From positions 1-30,443 of IMG/VR virus record IMGVR_UViG_3300038673_000438: a stretch of 30,443 nucleotides of DNA, one strand, 5' to 3'. The stretch comes from a virus (Duplodnaviria > Caudoviricetes). The notes below the pieces were generated by a model. That model saw only the letters and a list, made by a program, of their open reading frames with translations, was not told the origin of the DNA and did not search any database. Positions 7,859-16,707 of the stretch are shown piece after piece (within the stretch, counting starts at the first letter, position 1; the number at the start of each line of letters is the position of its first letter). The translations under genes and the position numbers were made by a program.

Positions 7859-8362
7859 TTAGAGCAACTTATCTATTTCTTGTACTGTATATTTTATATT
7901 ATTTAGGGTAATTATTTCTTTGATTAAAACACTTTCTCCTTGACTTTTTGAAAAAATATCAATAATATTCCCACCATTATATGGAATAAGATTATATTCT
8001 ATATTATATTCTAAGAGTTTATTAGTAATTGAACCAGTATCAACATTTTTTTTAAATGGAACTGAACAAGAAATACGCCACAATTTATCTTTTGTAAAAG
8101 TTTTAATTATCCATTTAGCAATATAAACACCGATAAAATTGGCTAAAATTGTCAATGGAACTGACATAAATAAAGTGGCTTGCGCTGTTAATTTAATAGC
8201 TATGGTATTTACACCAAAAGCCAATGCTGTAATTAATGCAGAGACAAAAGTAGAACATTTAATAAGTGTAATTGACCTAAGAGTATAAAGGATTACACAA
8301 ATTAAAGTTACTCCAAAAAATATCGCTCCTGAAATAAGAACATTATAAAACATTTTATTCAT
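7859..8362 (-). CDS. membrane protein, DUF5698/DUF2179-like
   Basis: Three hydrophobic helices (LYTLRSITLIK..., LANFIGVYIAKW) followed by a soluble C-terminal domain. Confidence 0.6.
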   Translation of the reverse strand: MNKMFYNVLISGAIFFGVTLICVILYTLRSITLIKCSTFVSALITALAFGVNTIAIKLTAQATLFMSVPLTILANFIGVYIAKWIIKTFTKDKLWRISCSVPFKKNVDTGSITNKLLEYNIEYNLIPYNGGNIIDIFSKSQGESVLIKEIITLNNIKYTVQEIDKLL

Positions 8363-8448
8363 CTCCTTTTGTCTTATTTTAACATAAATTTAACATAAAA
8401 ACAAGAGATTTTATTAGACGTCTTACGTCTAATAAAAAAGGGGAGGGA

Positions 8449-8790
8449 TTAACCCTCGCCCTTTTCCTTTTCGGCCTTGGCGGCTTCCGCCTTAGCCTTC
8501 GCTTCCGCTCGACGCTTCTCGTCGGCGGACTTCTTCGCGGCGGCAGCTTCCGCCCGCTCAGCCTTGCGGCTTTCCACTTCGGCCCTCTCCGTCAGAATGG
8601 CGTTCACGTCATCCTCAGAAAAACCGTCTTTCTTCGCGGTCACTTTGATTTCAAAAAACCGCTCAGAGCCGTCAACCGTAGTCTTGCCAATCCAGGTATT
8701 ACCAGAAGTAGCAACCAGATCAGAAAGATCAATCAGACTTTCACCCGCGGAACGAACTTCCTTATCAACCTCTGCCTTAGTCTTTGCCAT
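8449..8790 (-). CDS. hypothetical protein with Lys/Ala/Glu-rich C-terminal helix (paralogue family A)
   Basis: RBS GAGGT, own promoter; GC-rich coding sequence. Confidence 0.85.
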   Translation of the reverse strand: MAKTKAEVDKEVRSAGESLIDLSDLVATSGNTWIGKTTVDGSERFFEIKVTAKKDGFSEDDVNAILTERAEVESRKAERAEAAAAKKSADEKRRAEAKAKAEAAKAEKEKGEG

Positions 8791-8931
8791 TTTTTACCTC
8801 TTTCTGTCCGTATGTCGGACTTTTTATTTTCGGTTCCTTAACCGTGATTTAATGATACCATATTTTTTATAATAAGTCAATGGAAAAAATTAGACGTCTA
8901 ACGTCTAATTAAAGAGTTTATTTCTAAACTC

Positions 8932-9063
8932 TTATTTGGAATTAACAATACCAGTTAGGATCACACTAATGGCATAACATACCCAACACCAAACAATCCA
9001 TGCCTGTGCCATATTCATTTGAATAAACATTGCAGTCAATGCGATTGCAGTAAACAATGTCAT
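8932..9063 (-). CDS. small hydrophobic membrane peptide (43 aa, not in ORF track)
   Basis: RBS GAAAGGAG; MTLFTAIALTAMFIQMNMAQAWIVWCWVCYAISVILTGIVNSK; sole ORF of its cassette. Confidence 0.75.
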   Translation of the reverse strand: MTLFTAIALTAMFIQMNMAQAWIVWCWVCYAISVILTGIVNSK

Positions 9064-9166
9064 ATTAATTATCTCCTTTCATTATTATTATATTTATTAT
9101 AACATAAAATACTAAAAAATCAATAAAAAGAATTAGACGTTTTACGTCTAATTATAAAAAGGGAAA

Positions 9167-9628
9167 TTATCCCTTTTGTTTGGCAAGTAAAAAGATTTCT
9201 CCAGTATACCCTCCATCAAATCTATCATGTGACCAACATTTACTAAAGACATATTGTTCTGATACTAAAGAAATTTCACAATGACCAGGTTTTTCATATC
9301 ATAATCCATTAGAATTTCTTTTCATGAAGTGGAAATCTTCAGGACTACCACGAAATGCGATTACATATTCATCTTTTTTTAGCTCAGAGATATCAAATAT
9401 TCTTCTAAGTTTTCCTTTAAAATCTTTTATCATGTAGTCAATGCATTCAAGACAATCCATTCCATTATCCCATCCACAATGTTTTTCTTCATTATATGGA
9501 CAATACCAACTAAAAGTTTCAAGAGCATATCCAGCGCAATTAAAATCATCAAAATTGGTATTTAACTCATTTCTTTGTTTTTTAATGTTGAGTGGATCTT
9601 TATCCTTAAAAAGATTAAATACAGACAT
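9167..9628 (-). CDS. hypothetical protein with NCxGYA...DFHF...(W)xxKPG motifs; in-frame TGA at 9299-9301
   Basis: RBS GAAAGGAG before ATG 9628; frame stays open 43 codons past the TGA to a TAA at the cassette terminator. Confidence 0.65.
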
Positions 9629-9723
9629 ATTGATTCTCCTTTCTATAAAAATATTACCATATTTTATTAAAGAAGTCAATAGAAAATTATTAGACGTATT
9701 ACGTCTAATAAAAAAGAGGAAAA

Positions 9724-10167
9724 TTATTCCTCTTTTTTCTGCTCATAGGCTTCGATTATCTTCTTGACCATCATGCCGCCGATCATGTTATCGGAAATTG
9801 AGTTGTTTGAATGTTGAGGCTTCTTTTTATTTTTCTTTGCTTCAGAAGCCGCCTTTTTTGCTTCGGCTTTTACTTTACGTTTTGCGGCTTCATCCGCTTT
9901 ACGTTCTGATTCCTGCTGATAAAATTCGGCTATTGAATATCCATCATAGCCAGCAAAACCGCCACCCTCATCCTTTGGAATTCTTTCACCTTTGGGGACC
10001 TTGATAGTAATTTCTATCCAGGCGTCATTGTTTTCCGAATCAGTTGTTGGAAAAGCAATTGTATTTCCGCTAACGCGGACAACATCTTCACCAGAAGATT
10101 TCAGAAAATTGGTAATACTTTCAATATTTTTTTCTCTGAGAATATTGTCAAGTGCAGTTTTTGTCAT
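9724..10167 (-). CDS. hypothetical protein with Lys/Ala/Glu-rich helix (paralogue family A)
   Basis: RBS AAAGGA; similarity to 3880-4239 and 8449-8790. Confidence 0.85.
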   Translation of the reverse strand: MTKTALDNILREKNIESITNFLKSSGEDVVRVSGNTIAFPTTDSENNDAWIEITIKVPKGERIPKDEGGGFAGYDGYSIAEFYQQESERKADEAAKRKVKAEAKKAASEAKKNKKKPQHSNNSISDNMIGGMMVKKIIEAYEQKKEE

Positions 10168-10278
10168 AAGAAAAATCCTTTCTTTTATTTGATAATATTA
10201 ATATAACACAAAAGAAAAAGAATGTCAATAAAATAAGTTAGACGTCTTACGTCTAATAAAAAAGGAGATAAACTCCTT

Positions 10279-10944
10279 TTATTGCCATTCATGATAAATT
10301 TTTCCATCTTGTCTTAATATATCATATTCAGCGGCATAATTTCTTTTTACTCTGATATTATTCATTTCAAGAAATTTTTCAGCATCTTCATTAAAAGTAT
10401 AGTGATTCTCTTTAATCCATTGGATAATTGCATCACTTCCGCAATCTTTTAAAAGATATCTTACAGTAAATTTTGAATTTATAAGTCTTTTTCTCATATT
10501 AACAATTTCTGTTGCTTTAAAGTCTTTGTTAATTAGAAAAGCAAAATTTACTTCTTGTGCTGAAGCCATCCCACGGCTATAAAGATGCGGTAAAAATTCA
10601 AGGGTTTTTGCGTCTGTAATTGAGTACCAAAGCTGACTAAATTTATAACCTTTGGAAACAAAGTTATAATTATGTGTGCGGAGTTCTGTAATAATGTTAT
10701 ATTTATCCGCAAGTTTTACAATTTTTTCAAGCCATTCAGGGAATAAAGTTGGTTCTGTATCACCTGTTAACATAAGATTTTGATATTGGTGTATAGCAAG
10801 AGAAATTTCTGCATTCTCCCAATAATCATGGGTTAATTTGATATTCTGATTTGTTGCATTATTCTTTGCGCAACAAAAAGGACAATCAAAAGGACATGGA
10901 AGAAAAGGTGAAAGAGCATGAGCAGTTGTTAACATAAAAAACAC
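10279..10944 (-). CDS. radical SAM domain protein
   Basis: CPFDCPFC (CxxxCxxC) and LTGDTEPTL (GGEP-like). Confidence 0.75.
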   Translation of the reverse strand: MFFMLTTAHALSPFLPCPFDCPFCCAKNNATNQNIKLTHDYWENAEISLAIHQYQNLMLTGDTEPTLFPEWLEKIVKLADKYNIITELRTHNYNFVSKGYKFSQLWYSITDAKTLEFLPHLYSRGMASAQEVNFAFLINKDFKATEIVNMRKRLINSKFTVRYLLKDCGSDAIIQWIKENHYTFNEDAEKFLEMNNIRVKRNYAAEYDILRQDGKIYHEWQ

Positions 10945-11032
10945 TCCCTTCTACTTAATATAGTATATCATATTAAGGAACATTTTTCAAATAATTTTAT
11001 TAGACGTATTACGTCTAATTAAAATAGGATTA

Positions 11033-11479
11033 CTATGTTACAAGTAATCCTTTAAGAATGGAGAGAATTTCTTTTTCTGAGTATGCAATTCCTGTCCAGG
11101 CTTTTCTAACACCTTCATTATCATCGAATAAAATTCCATTTTTATCTTTGGCGGCATAATGTTTTGGATAACCATATTTTATCATATGAATTTCATCCCA
11201 TTGAACAGAATGCAGGTGTTTATTGAGACTTCTTTGTTTTCTAATTCTGACCAATTCATCATAATTTTTGGTTGATTGAGCAGATAGCCAAGAGATAATT
11301 CCTATCTTATTACCTTGTTCCTGTAAACGATTAAGATAATAAGCAAGAAGTCTCATATCAAGCATGGGAGCCGCTTGAATATAGGGAGATGGGTCAAAAG
11401 ATCTTAGTTTTTCTAACCAATTTGAAACACTATATAGATTGAATAATGTTCCATCCATATCAAAGTATATTGTTGTCAT
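11033..11479 (-). CDS. HAD-family (5'-nucleotidase-like) hydrolase
   Basis: IYFDMDGTL, IISW, ILFDDN. Confidence 0.8.
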   Translation of the reverse strand: MTTIYFDMDGTLFNLYSVSNWLEKLRSFDPSPYIQAAPMLDMRLLAYYLNRLQEQGNKIGIISWLSAQSTKNYDELVRIRKQRSLNKHLHSVQWDEIHMIKYGYPKHYAAKDKNGILFDDNEGVRKAWTGIAYSEKEILSILKGLLVT

Positions 11480-11571
11480 TTTTTCAACTCCTTTCTTATT
11501 TCTATTATATCATATTTAATTAGAAAGTCAATTAAATAAATTAGACGTCTTACGTCTAATTGGGGACTAAC

Positions 11572-11964
11572 TTAAAAAGTTAGTCCAAGTTCTGCGAAGG
11601 CTTCCTTAATCTCATTGATATCTTTGAGATAAGAAATTTGAATCGCCAGATTTTCATACTCGCGGTCTTTTGCTGTCCTGAGCTCGCTCATTTCATCAGA
11701 GTATGTTTTATAAGCCTCAGGAAAGAACCATGTGTTATGTGTGGTAACAATCTGCAAAGTAGTTTTATCACAAAAAGGGATAGCTTTTTTAAGAATAGTC
11801 TCAAATATTACATCTGAGCGATATTCATCAATCTTTGCAGCAATGGCCGGAGCATTCTCGTCAACGATTTTTTGAAAAATTGCACGGAGTTCTGTCTGTT
11901 TCTTTTCATACTTCTGTCCAATCTGGCGCTTGATTTTTGCTTCAAGTTCCTTGGTGATTCTCAT
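11572..11964 (-). CDS. hypothetical helical protein
   Basis: RBS GAAAGGAG before ATG 11964 (MRITKELE). Confidence 0.8.
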   Translation of the reverse strand: MRITKELEAKIKRQIGQKYEKKQTELRAIFQKIVDENAPAIAAKIDEYRSDVIFETILKKAIPFCDKTTLQIVTTHNTWFFPEAYKTYSDEMSELRTAKDREYENLAIQISYLKDINEIKEAFAELGLTF

Positions 11965-12087
11965 TATAGAATCTCCTTTCATTTAATCTTGACATAATTA
12001 TAACATAAAAAATATTTTTTGTAAATAGATAAAATTAGACGTTTTACGTCTAATTTATATAGGAGGAATATTTCCTCCTATATCTTT

Positions 12088-12432
12088 TTAATTAAGAACA
12101 AAATCCGGAATTTCTTCTTCCAGAACTCGCATTATAGCGATAGCTCTTCCGATGGATTCATCGAATTCATCACATTCACGACATACCGCCATTCCCCAAT
12201 AATCTCCTGTCACATCATCGGCTTCATTTTTACACAGAGCAACGACAATACGATTTCTTTGGATGAAGATAAACTGTCCGCAGTATCGAGAAAGAATTTC
12301 ATTTGCCCATGCGCGTTTCTTTCTCAGATTATTACGAGTGGTATTTTCAGGAGTTAAGATAATAACTCCATCTTTTTTCTCTCTCATACTGTAGAGTTTT
12401 CCACCAAAAGAGGTTTTCTTGTTTATTTTCAA
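12088..12432 (-). CDS. hypothetical phage protein
   Basis: TTG start after GAAAGG; C-terminal GxAxCxxxDxFDxxxGxxIAxxR motif common in phage proteins. Confidence 0.75.
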   Translation of the reverse strand: MKINKKTSFGGKLYSMREKKDGVIILTPENTTRNNLRKKRAWANEILSRYCGQFIFIQRNRIVVALCKNEADDVTGDYWGMAVCRECDEFDESIGRAIAIMRVLEEEIPDFVLN

Positions 12433-12540
12433 TTTTTCCTTTCTTTTAATTTATTATATCTTAACATTTTTATTAATATAAGTCAATAGATAAAGTTAGA
12501 CGTATTACGTCTAATAGAGGAAGTCTTTCGACTTCCATTT

Positions 12541-13083
12541 TTATGTTTCCATTGAATAAGAGATTTCTTTAGCGATAACCTCAACACAGCAGCGGCCGAC
12601 TTCAGAGGTGATCAATTCTTCTCTTTTGATAATTGCGATTCCTCCAAGAATTTCTCCCTCTACTGAGATAGGAACAAGAAATTCGACAAAAGGAGAATCA
12701 TAATTTTCAAGGAGAGGAATAGGAGCTAAGGCTCCTTCAAGACTCCATGAAGCTATGCGATTATCCAATAGCTGAAAGATATCTTCCGAGATTGCTTTGG
12801 ATACAAAATCCTTTTTAGGGGCTCCACTTACAGCTACTATGCAGTCTCTATCAAAGACTACAATTATACCTGTAAACATTCGAGATAAGGCTTTTAAAGC
12901 AGATTGAATATGTTCTTCAAGATCCCCAACAGGAGAATACTTCTTGAAGATTACCTCTCCACCTCTTTCAGTATAGATTTCAAGGGGATCACCCTCTCTA
13001 ATCCTCATTGAGCGGCGGATTTCTTTGGGAATTACAACACGTCCCAAATCATCAACTCGACGAACAATACCTGTTGCTTTCAT
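12541..13083 (-). CDS. spoVT: SpoVT-like transcription factor (AbrB-type DNA-binding domain plus GAF-like domain)
   Basis: MKATGIVRRVDDLGRVVIPKEIRRSMRIREGDPLEIY...FKKYSP; 180 aa; C-terminal PIxxEGxxxGxI. Confidence 0.88.
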   Translation of the reverse strand: MKATGIVRRVDDLGRVVIPKEIRRSMRIREGDPLEIYTERGGEVIFKKYSPVGDLEEHIQSALKALSRMFTGIIVVFDRDCIVAVSGAPKKDFVSKAISEDIFQLLDNRIASWSLEGALAPIPLLENYDSPFVEFLVPISVEGEILGGIAIIKREELITSEVGRCCVEVIAKEISYSMET

Positions 13084-13179
13084 AAAAATTTCCTTTCTTT
13101 TTTATTTTATAATTTATTATAACATAAATTAAATAAAAAGTCAAGAAAAATAATTTAGACGTATTACGTCTAATAAAAA

Positions 13180-13203
13180 GGGACTTGCAAAAAAAGCAAG
13201 CCC
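13180..13203 (-). terminator. rho-independent terminator
   Basis: Minus strand GGGCTTGC-T7-GCAAGTCCC followed by a T run. Confidence 0.7.
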
Positions 13204-13235
13204 AAGATGCCGTATAGATTTTTATTCTTATTTTA

Positions 13236-13483
13236 CTAAGGAAATCCAGACATATCGAAGCCCTCTCTTATAATTCTTTCTTTTACACTTTTCTCGATAT
13301 TAGCTAGCGCTAAACTAATAATCGAAGTTGTAGTTTTATTCTTCCATTTTCAAGACACGCGGAGAAAAATACTAACCAAAAAAGATAGCGTGTCAATTCT
13401 TTTTTTCGCTATCAATGGAAAAAATAGAATCAAAAAAAGTCTTGTTTGCTAGGAAAAATAATTAAATAAACGGTTTTAACCGT
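13236..13483 (-). pseudogene. probable decayed second gene of the kinase-like cassette
   Basis: Protein-like fragments in shifting frames (VKTVYLIIFPSKQDFF / RIDTLSFLVSIF / TTTSIISLALANIEKSVKERIIREGFDMSGFP*) with breaks at homopolymer runs. Confidence 0.35.
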
Positions 13484-14089
13484 GGTACCCACAATAATCA
13501 AAAATAACTGGTTTATCGTTATAGTATCCTAAGTTAGAAGCATGAAGGTCATTTACCCTATTTTGAGATACCCATTTAGCGAATGACCGCATAAATTTTT
13601 CGCCATGTAACAACCAAATCATTTTTAACCAAATAAAATCAAGACCTCTATCATCTTCAATTGAATTTCTGACCTTAATAATGAGGCTGTCATTAATTTT
13701 TTCAGTCATATGATAATATTTTTTTCCTTTAAATTCGGAATATCTCTTGCTGTAAAATCAATTTTGGGCTGAATATAAAAAGGAACGCCATGAGAATTTT
13801 TTCCAATGAATTTTGTTTCAAGTAATAACTTTTGAATCCTGAATGAGCTTGAATTTTGATAAAAAGCAGCCTCTTGTTTACATTCATCATCGCGCAAATC
13901 TTTTAAAGTTTGAGGAAATTTAATTACGAATTTTTCTTTTTTAGGAACATAGCAATACTTAGAGGCTCCACTTGTTAAACGAGCTTCTAATTCAGGTATT
14001 ATTTGTTGAGTAGGTTCAATAGATAAACCCCAATGGCGTTTGTCAACTGTTACTTGTTCTAATAATAAGAGAATGTCGTTAATTTCCAT
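13476..14089 (-). CDS. protein-kinase-like fold protein split by a frameshift at an A7 run (~13719-13725)
   Basis: SGASKYCY, FVIKFP and CKQE in ORF 13706-14089; DLHASNLG and IFDYCG in ORF 13476-13709; one extra A fuses them (EKKYYHMTEK). Confidence 0.65.
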
Positions 14090-14185
14090 CTTTTATTCTC
14101 CTTTCATTGGATATTGATATTATATCATTTAAAGGAAAAAATATCAAGTTTTTAAATTAGACGTTTAACGTCTAATTGGAGGAGC

Positions 14186-14341
14186 TTATTCAGCTCCAAC
14201 AATCTTCTTTACAGGAAATCCCATAGCAGAAAGCTTTTTCAGGTATTTCATGGTATTTTTATCCCCTTTTTCCTGCTTCTGCCTCAGAAAATTTCTGACA
14301 GCAAGAACAAAAGATGTGCAATGTAATTCATTCGGCTTCAT
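14186..14341 (-). CDS. small basic protein (51 aa, not in ORF track)
   Basis: RBS AAGGAG; MKPNELHCTSFVLAVRNFLRQKQEKGDKNTMKYLKKLSAMGFPVKKIVGAE. Confidence 0.7.
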   Translation of the reverse strand: MKPNELHCTSFVLAVRNFLRQKQEKGDKNTMKYLKKLSAMGFPVKKIVGAE

Positions 14342-14520
14342 TTTTTTCACTCCTTTTTTAATTTAAAAGAAGAAGAACTTATTCCCAAAGTTATTCATTC
14401 ATTCCGCTTAAACACGTGCTTTATACTTCGTTTGACCGGAAGATTTCTTCTTTCTATATATAATATAACATAAAATACTTTTAATGTCAATAAATAAGAT
14501 TAGACGTATTACGTCTAATT

Positions 14521-14725
14521 AATAATACCCGTGGGCGATCTTGCCCACGGGTACCCACCATATAGAGTGATAGATGACGTCTTTCTATCATAGGTTACAC
14601 GCTCCCAGGTGATCTTCCGTGGCCTCGCCTATTTTTACTCTAATCAATTATAGGAGCATCTTTAAATATCTAGAATCCTATCGTTTTGCACGGCCTTCCT
14701 TCGAAGGAACCCGCTCCTTATTGAC
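14521..14725 (-). ncRNA. candidate structured small RNA filling a whole cassette
   Basis: Promoter at 14732-14760, no ORF, several stems and a terminal hairpin TACCCGTGGGC/GCCCACGGGTA. Confidence 0.55.
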
Positions 14726-14790
14726 AATATTAGTATAACATAAAAAAATACTAATGTCAAATCTATTATTTAGACGTATAACGTCTAAAT

Positions 14791-14965
14791 TTAATATCCT
14801 ATGGTCTTACTAAGAATCCAGGCGTCTGTGCACCATTCCGCCTCATTTCTGTTCATAACCTAGGATATATAATCAAGTTTTTCTTCAACATAGAACGCTT
14901 TATTTCAGAGAGTCACTCTGTGAGACACGTACTGACGAAGTTCCTTTTTTGTCTCTCTTGATTAC
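14791..14965 (-). ncRNA. candidate two-domain structured small RNA filling a whole cassette
   Basis: Promoter at 14972-15000, no RBS-led ORF, stems TAATCAAG/CTTGATTA and ATATCCTA/TAGGATAT. Confidence 0.5.
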
Positions 14966-15043
14966 ATTAGAATTATATCATATAAAATTAATTAAGTCAA
15001 TATAAATTATTAGACGTATTACGTCTAATTAAAGATGCCAGTA

Positions 15044-15325
15044 TTAACTGGCACATTCTCCGGCATGGAGGGCTGAAAGGGGAAGGGTTTCGCTCATTCT
15101 TTTCTTGCCATAAGAGACAAGATACCGAGGCATACCACTGGCTGCGGGCTCTGCCTTTTTAACGATAGTCACCTTGATATATCGTTCAATGCCTACTGAA
15201 TCGGTGGTTCTAACAGAGCAAACCTCATTGATTTTGAGCTCAGGCATCGAAAAGCTCAGATTAGGCTCCCCATTTTCGGAATATCCGTCTATACGGACTC
15301 TGGATAGAACCGGAATGTTTTTCAT
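15044..15325 (-). CDS. hypothetical protein
   Basis: RBS AAGGAG, own promoter. Confidence 0.8.
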   Translation of the reverse strand: MKNIPVLSRVRIDGYSENGEPNLSFSMPELKINEVCSVRTTDSVGIERYIKVTIVKKAEPAASGMPRYLVSYGKKRMSETLPLSALHAGECAS

Positions 15326-15432
15326 TTTTATTCTCCTTTTGTTTTTGATAGTATAAATATATCATATTTTTATTTATTTGTCAAGAAGTGATATTAGACG
15401 TAATACGTCTAATAAAGGTAGCTTTTAATAAG

Positions 15433-15666
15433 CTACTCAAAAAGTCTTTTTTTGATGCGTCTGATTTCATAGGTTGAGCTATATTTTACGTTGAGCTTTC
15501 GATCAACTACCATTGGAATAATGATAAGGTTAAAAAACATTTCATAAGTGATATACTCAGCCGAATCATAAAATGCCATATGGAATAATTGTGCTACAGT
15601 ATAAGGTTTATTAAACTCCATTTTTTCCATTAGGATTCGTCTTTGTTTAGAAAACATTTTTATCAC
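15433..15666 (-). CDS. hypothetical protein, possibly winged-helix-like
   Basis: RBS AAGGAG, own promoter; PYTVAQLF...IIIPMVVDRKL pattern. Confidence 0.7.
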   Translation of the reverse strand: MIKMFSKQRRILMEKMEFNKPYTVAQLFHMAFYDSAEYITYEMFFNLIIIPMVVDRKLNVKYSSTYEIRRIKKRLFE

Positions 15667-15749
15667 TCCTTTTATTTGATGATAACATATTTTAGTAATA
15701 AAGTCAAATGTATTTATTAGACGTATTACGTCTAATTAAAGGGGGAAGA

Positions 15750-15992
15750 TTATTTCTTCCCCAACAGGCTATATTGAAGTTCTTTTTTGAGGCGATTCCC
15801 CAGCCGTGTGGCGGGGTCGAAACCCCTTTCAGACCAGAAAAGGTCCATGAAATCGGAAGCCTCTTGATCGGATTCGTGGATTCGGAGCGTGCCCACCGAC
15901 TTATTGACCTTGACCTCACCGGCTTCGTCCCCCTCTGCGAATGGACGCATAGTAATCCCCGAACGGAAAGCGATAGTAACGAATTTTGACAT
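15750..15992 (-). CDS. hypothetical protein
   Basis: RBS GAAAGGGG before ATG 15992; GC-rich coding sequence. Confidence 0.8.
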   Translation of the reverse strand: MSKFVTIAFRSGITMRPFAEGDEAGEVKVNKSVGTLRIHESDQEASDFMDLFWSERGFDPATRLGNRLKKELQYSLLGKK

Positions 15993-16085
15993 ATTGAACA
16001 CCCCTTTCATGGTAATATCATAACATAGAAAAGCAAAAAAGTCAATAGATGGAATTAGACGTAAGACGTCTAATTATCCCTTTGA

Positions 16086-16301
16086 TTAAACAAAGGGAGC
16101 AAGTATTTTTTGAACAAAAGGAAGATTTTCTTGACGACAAATTATATCAAATTCGAAAAAATCTCCCTCTTTTTTATCAAATATAATTTTTCCATCTTTG
16201 ACTTTTAATCCACGACAGAAACAAGGAATAGCAGAAACAAGTTTGTCGATAGCAAAATGCAAATCTTTACTATACTGTAAAATATAACATTTATGCTCCA
16301 T
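16086..16301 (-). CDS. hypothetical protein
   Basis: RBS GAAAGGGG, own promoter. Confidence 0.8.
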   Translation of the reverse strand: MEHKCYILQYSKDLHFAIDKLVSAIPCFCRGLKVKDGKIIFDKKEGDFFEFDIICRQENLPFVQKILAPFV

Positions 16302-16395
16302 TTAAAACACCCCTTTCATCTAAAGTAATTGTATCATATCTTTTAAATAAAAGCAAGATATTTTATTAGACGTATTACGTCTAATTAAGGATCTC

Positions 16396-16611
16396 TTATG
16401 TGAGATCCCCATAGAAAGTTGCGTTATTGATTAGGCCGCCATCCCAGATATCAAGAAAGGATATAACATCCGGGCAAGAGAGACTCCCATCTTGTAGCTT
16501 TACCTCAAGATCAAGTTGTATTCCGGCCTGTGTAATAGTTAACTTATTCGGAGATAGAATGGTGGTAGCACCATACTCTGCGCATGTGTTGCGGATATCA
16601 GTAACAAACAT
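16396..16611 (-). CDS. hypothetical protein
   Basis: RBS AAGGAG before ATG 16611; the longer track start lies inside the promoter. Confidence 0.75.
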   Translation of the reverse strand: MFVTDIRNTCAEYGATTILSPNKLTITQAGIQLDLEVKLQDGSLSCPDVISFLDIWDGGLINNATFYGDLT

Positions 16612-16707
16612 AATTTTTCTCCTTTTTCTTTTATTATAACACAATATAAGATAAAAGTCAATTAATTAAATTAGACGTATTACGTCTAATTTAAGGAGCT
16701 TCAGCTC

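Noticed and set aside
13204-13475. Riboswitch-like RNA (GATAGCG/CGCTATC vs GACACGC/GCGTGTC)
   Set aside because: The region is better explained as a frameshifted gene remnant; stems are short.
14925-14960. Hammerhead ribozyme from CTGACGA
   Set aside because: The motif is on the strand opposite the promoter and lacks a correctly placed GAAA and stem II.
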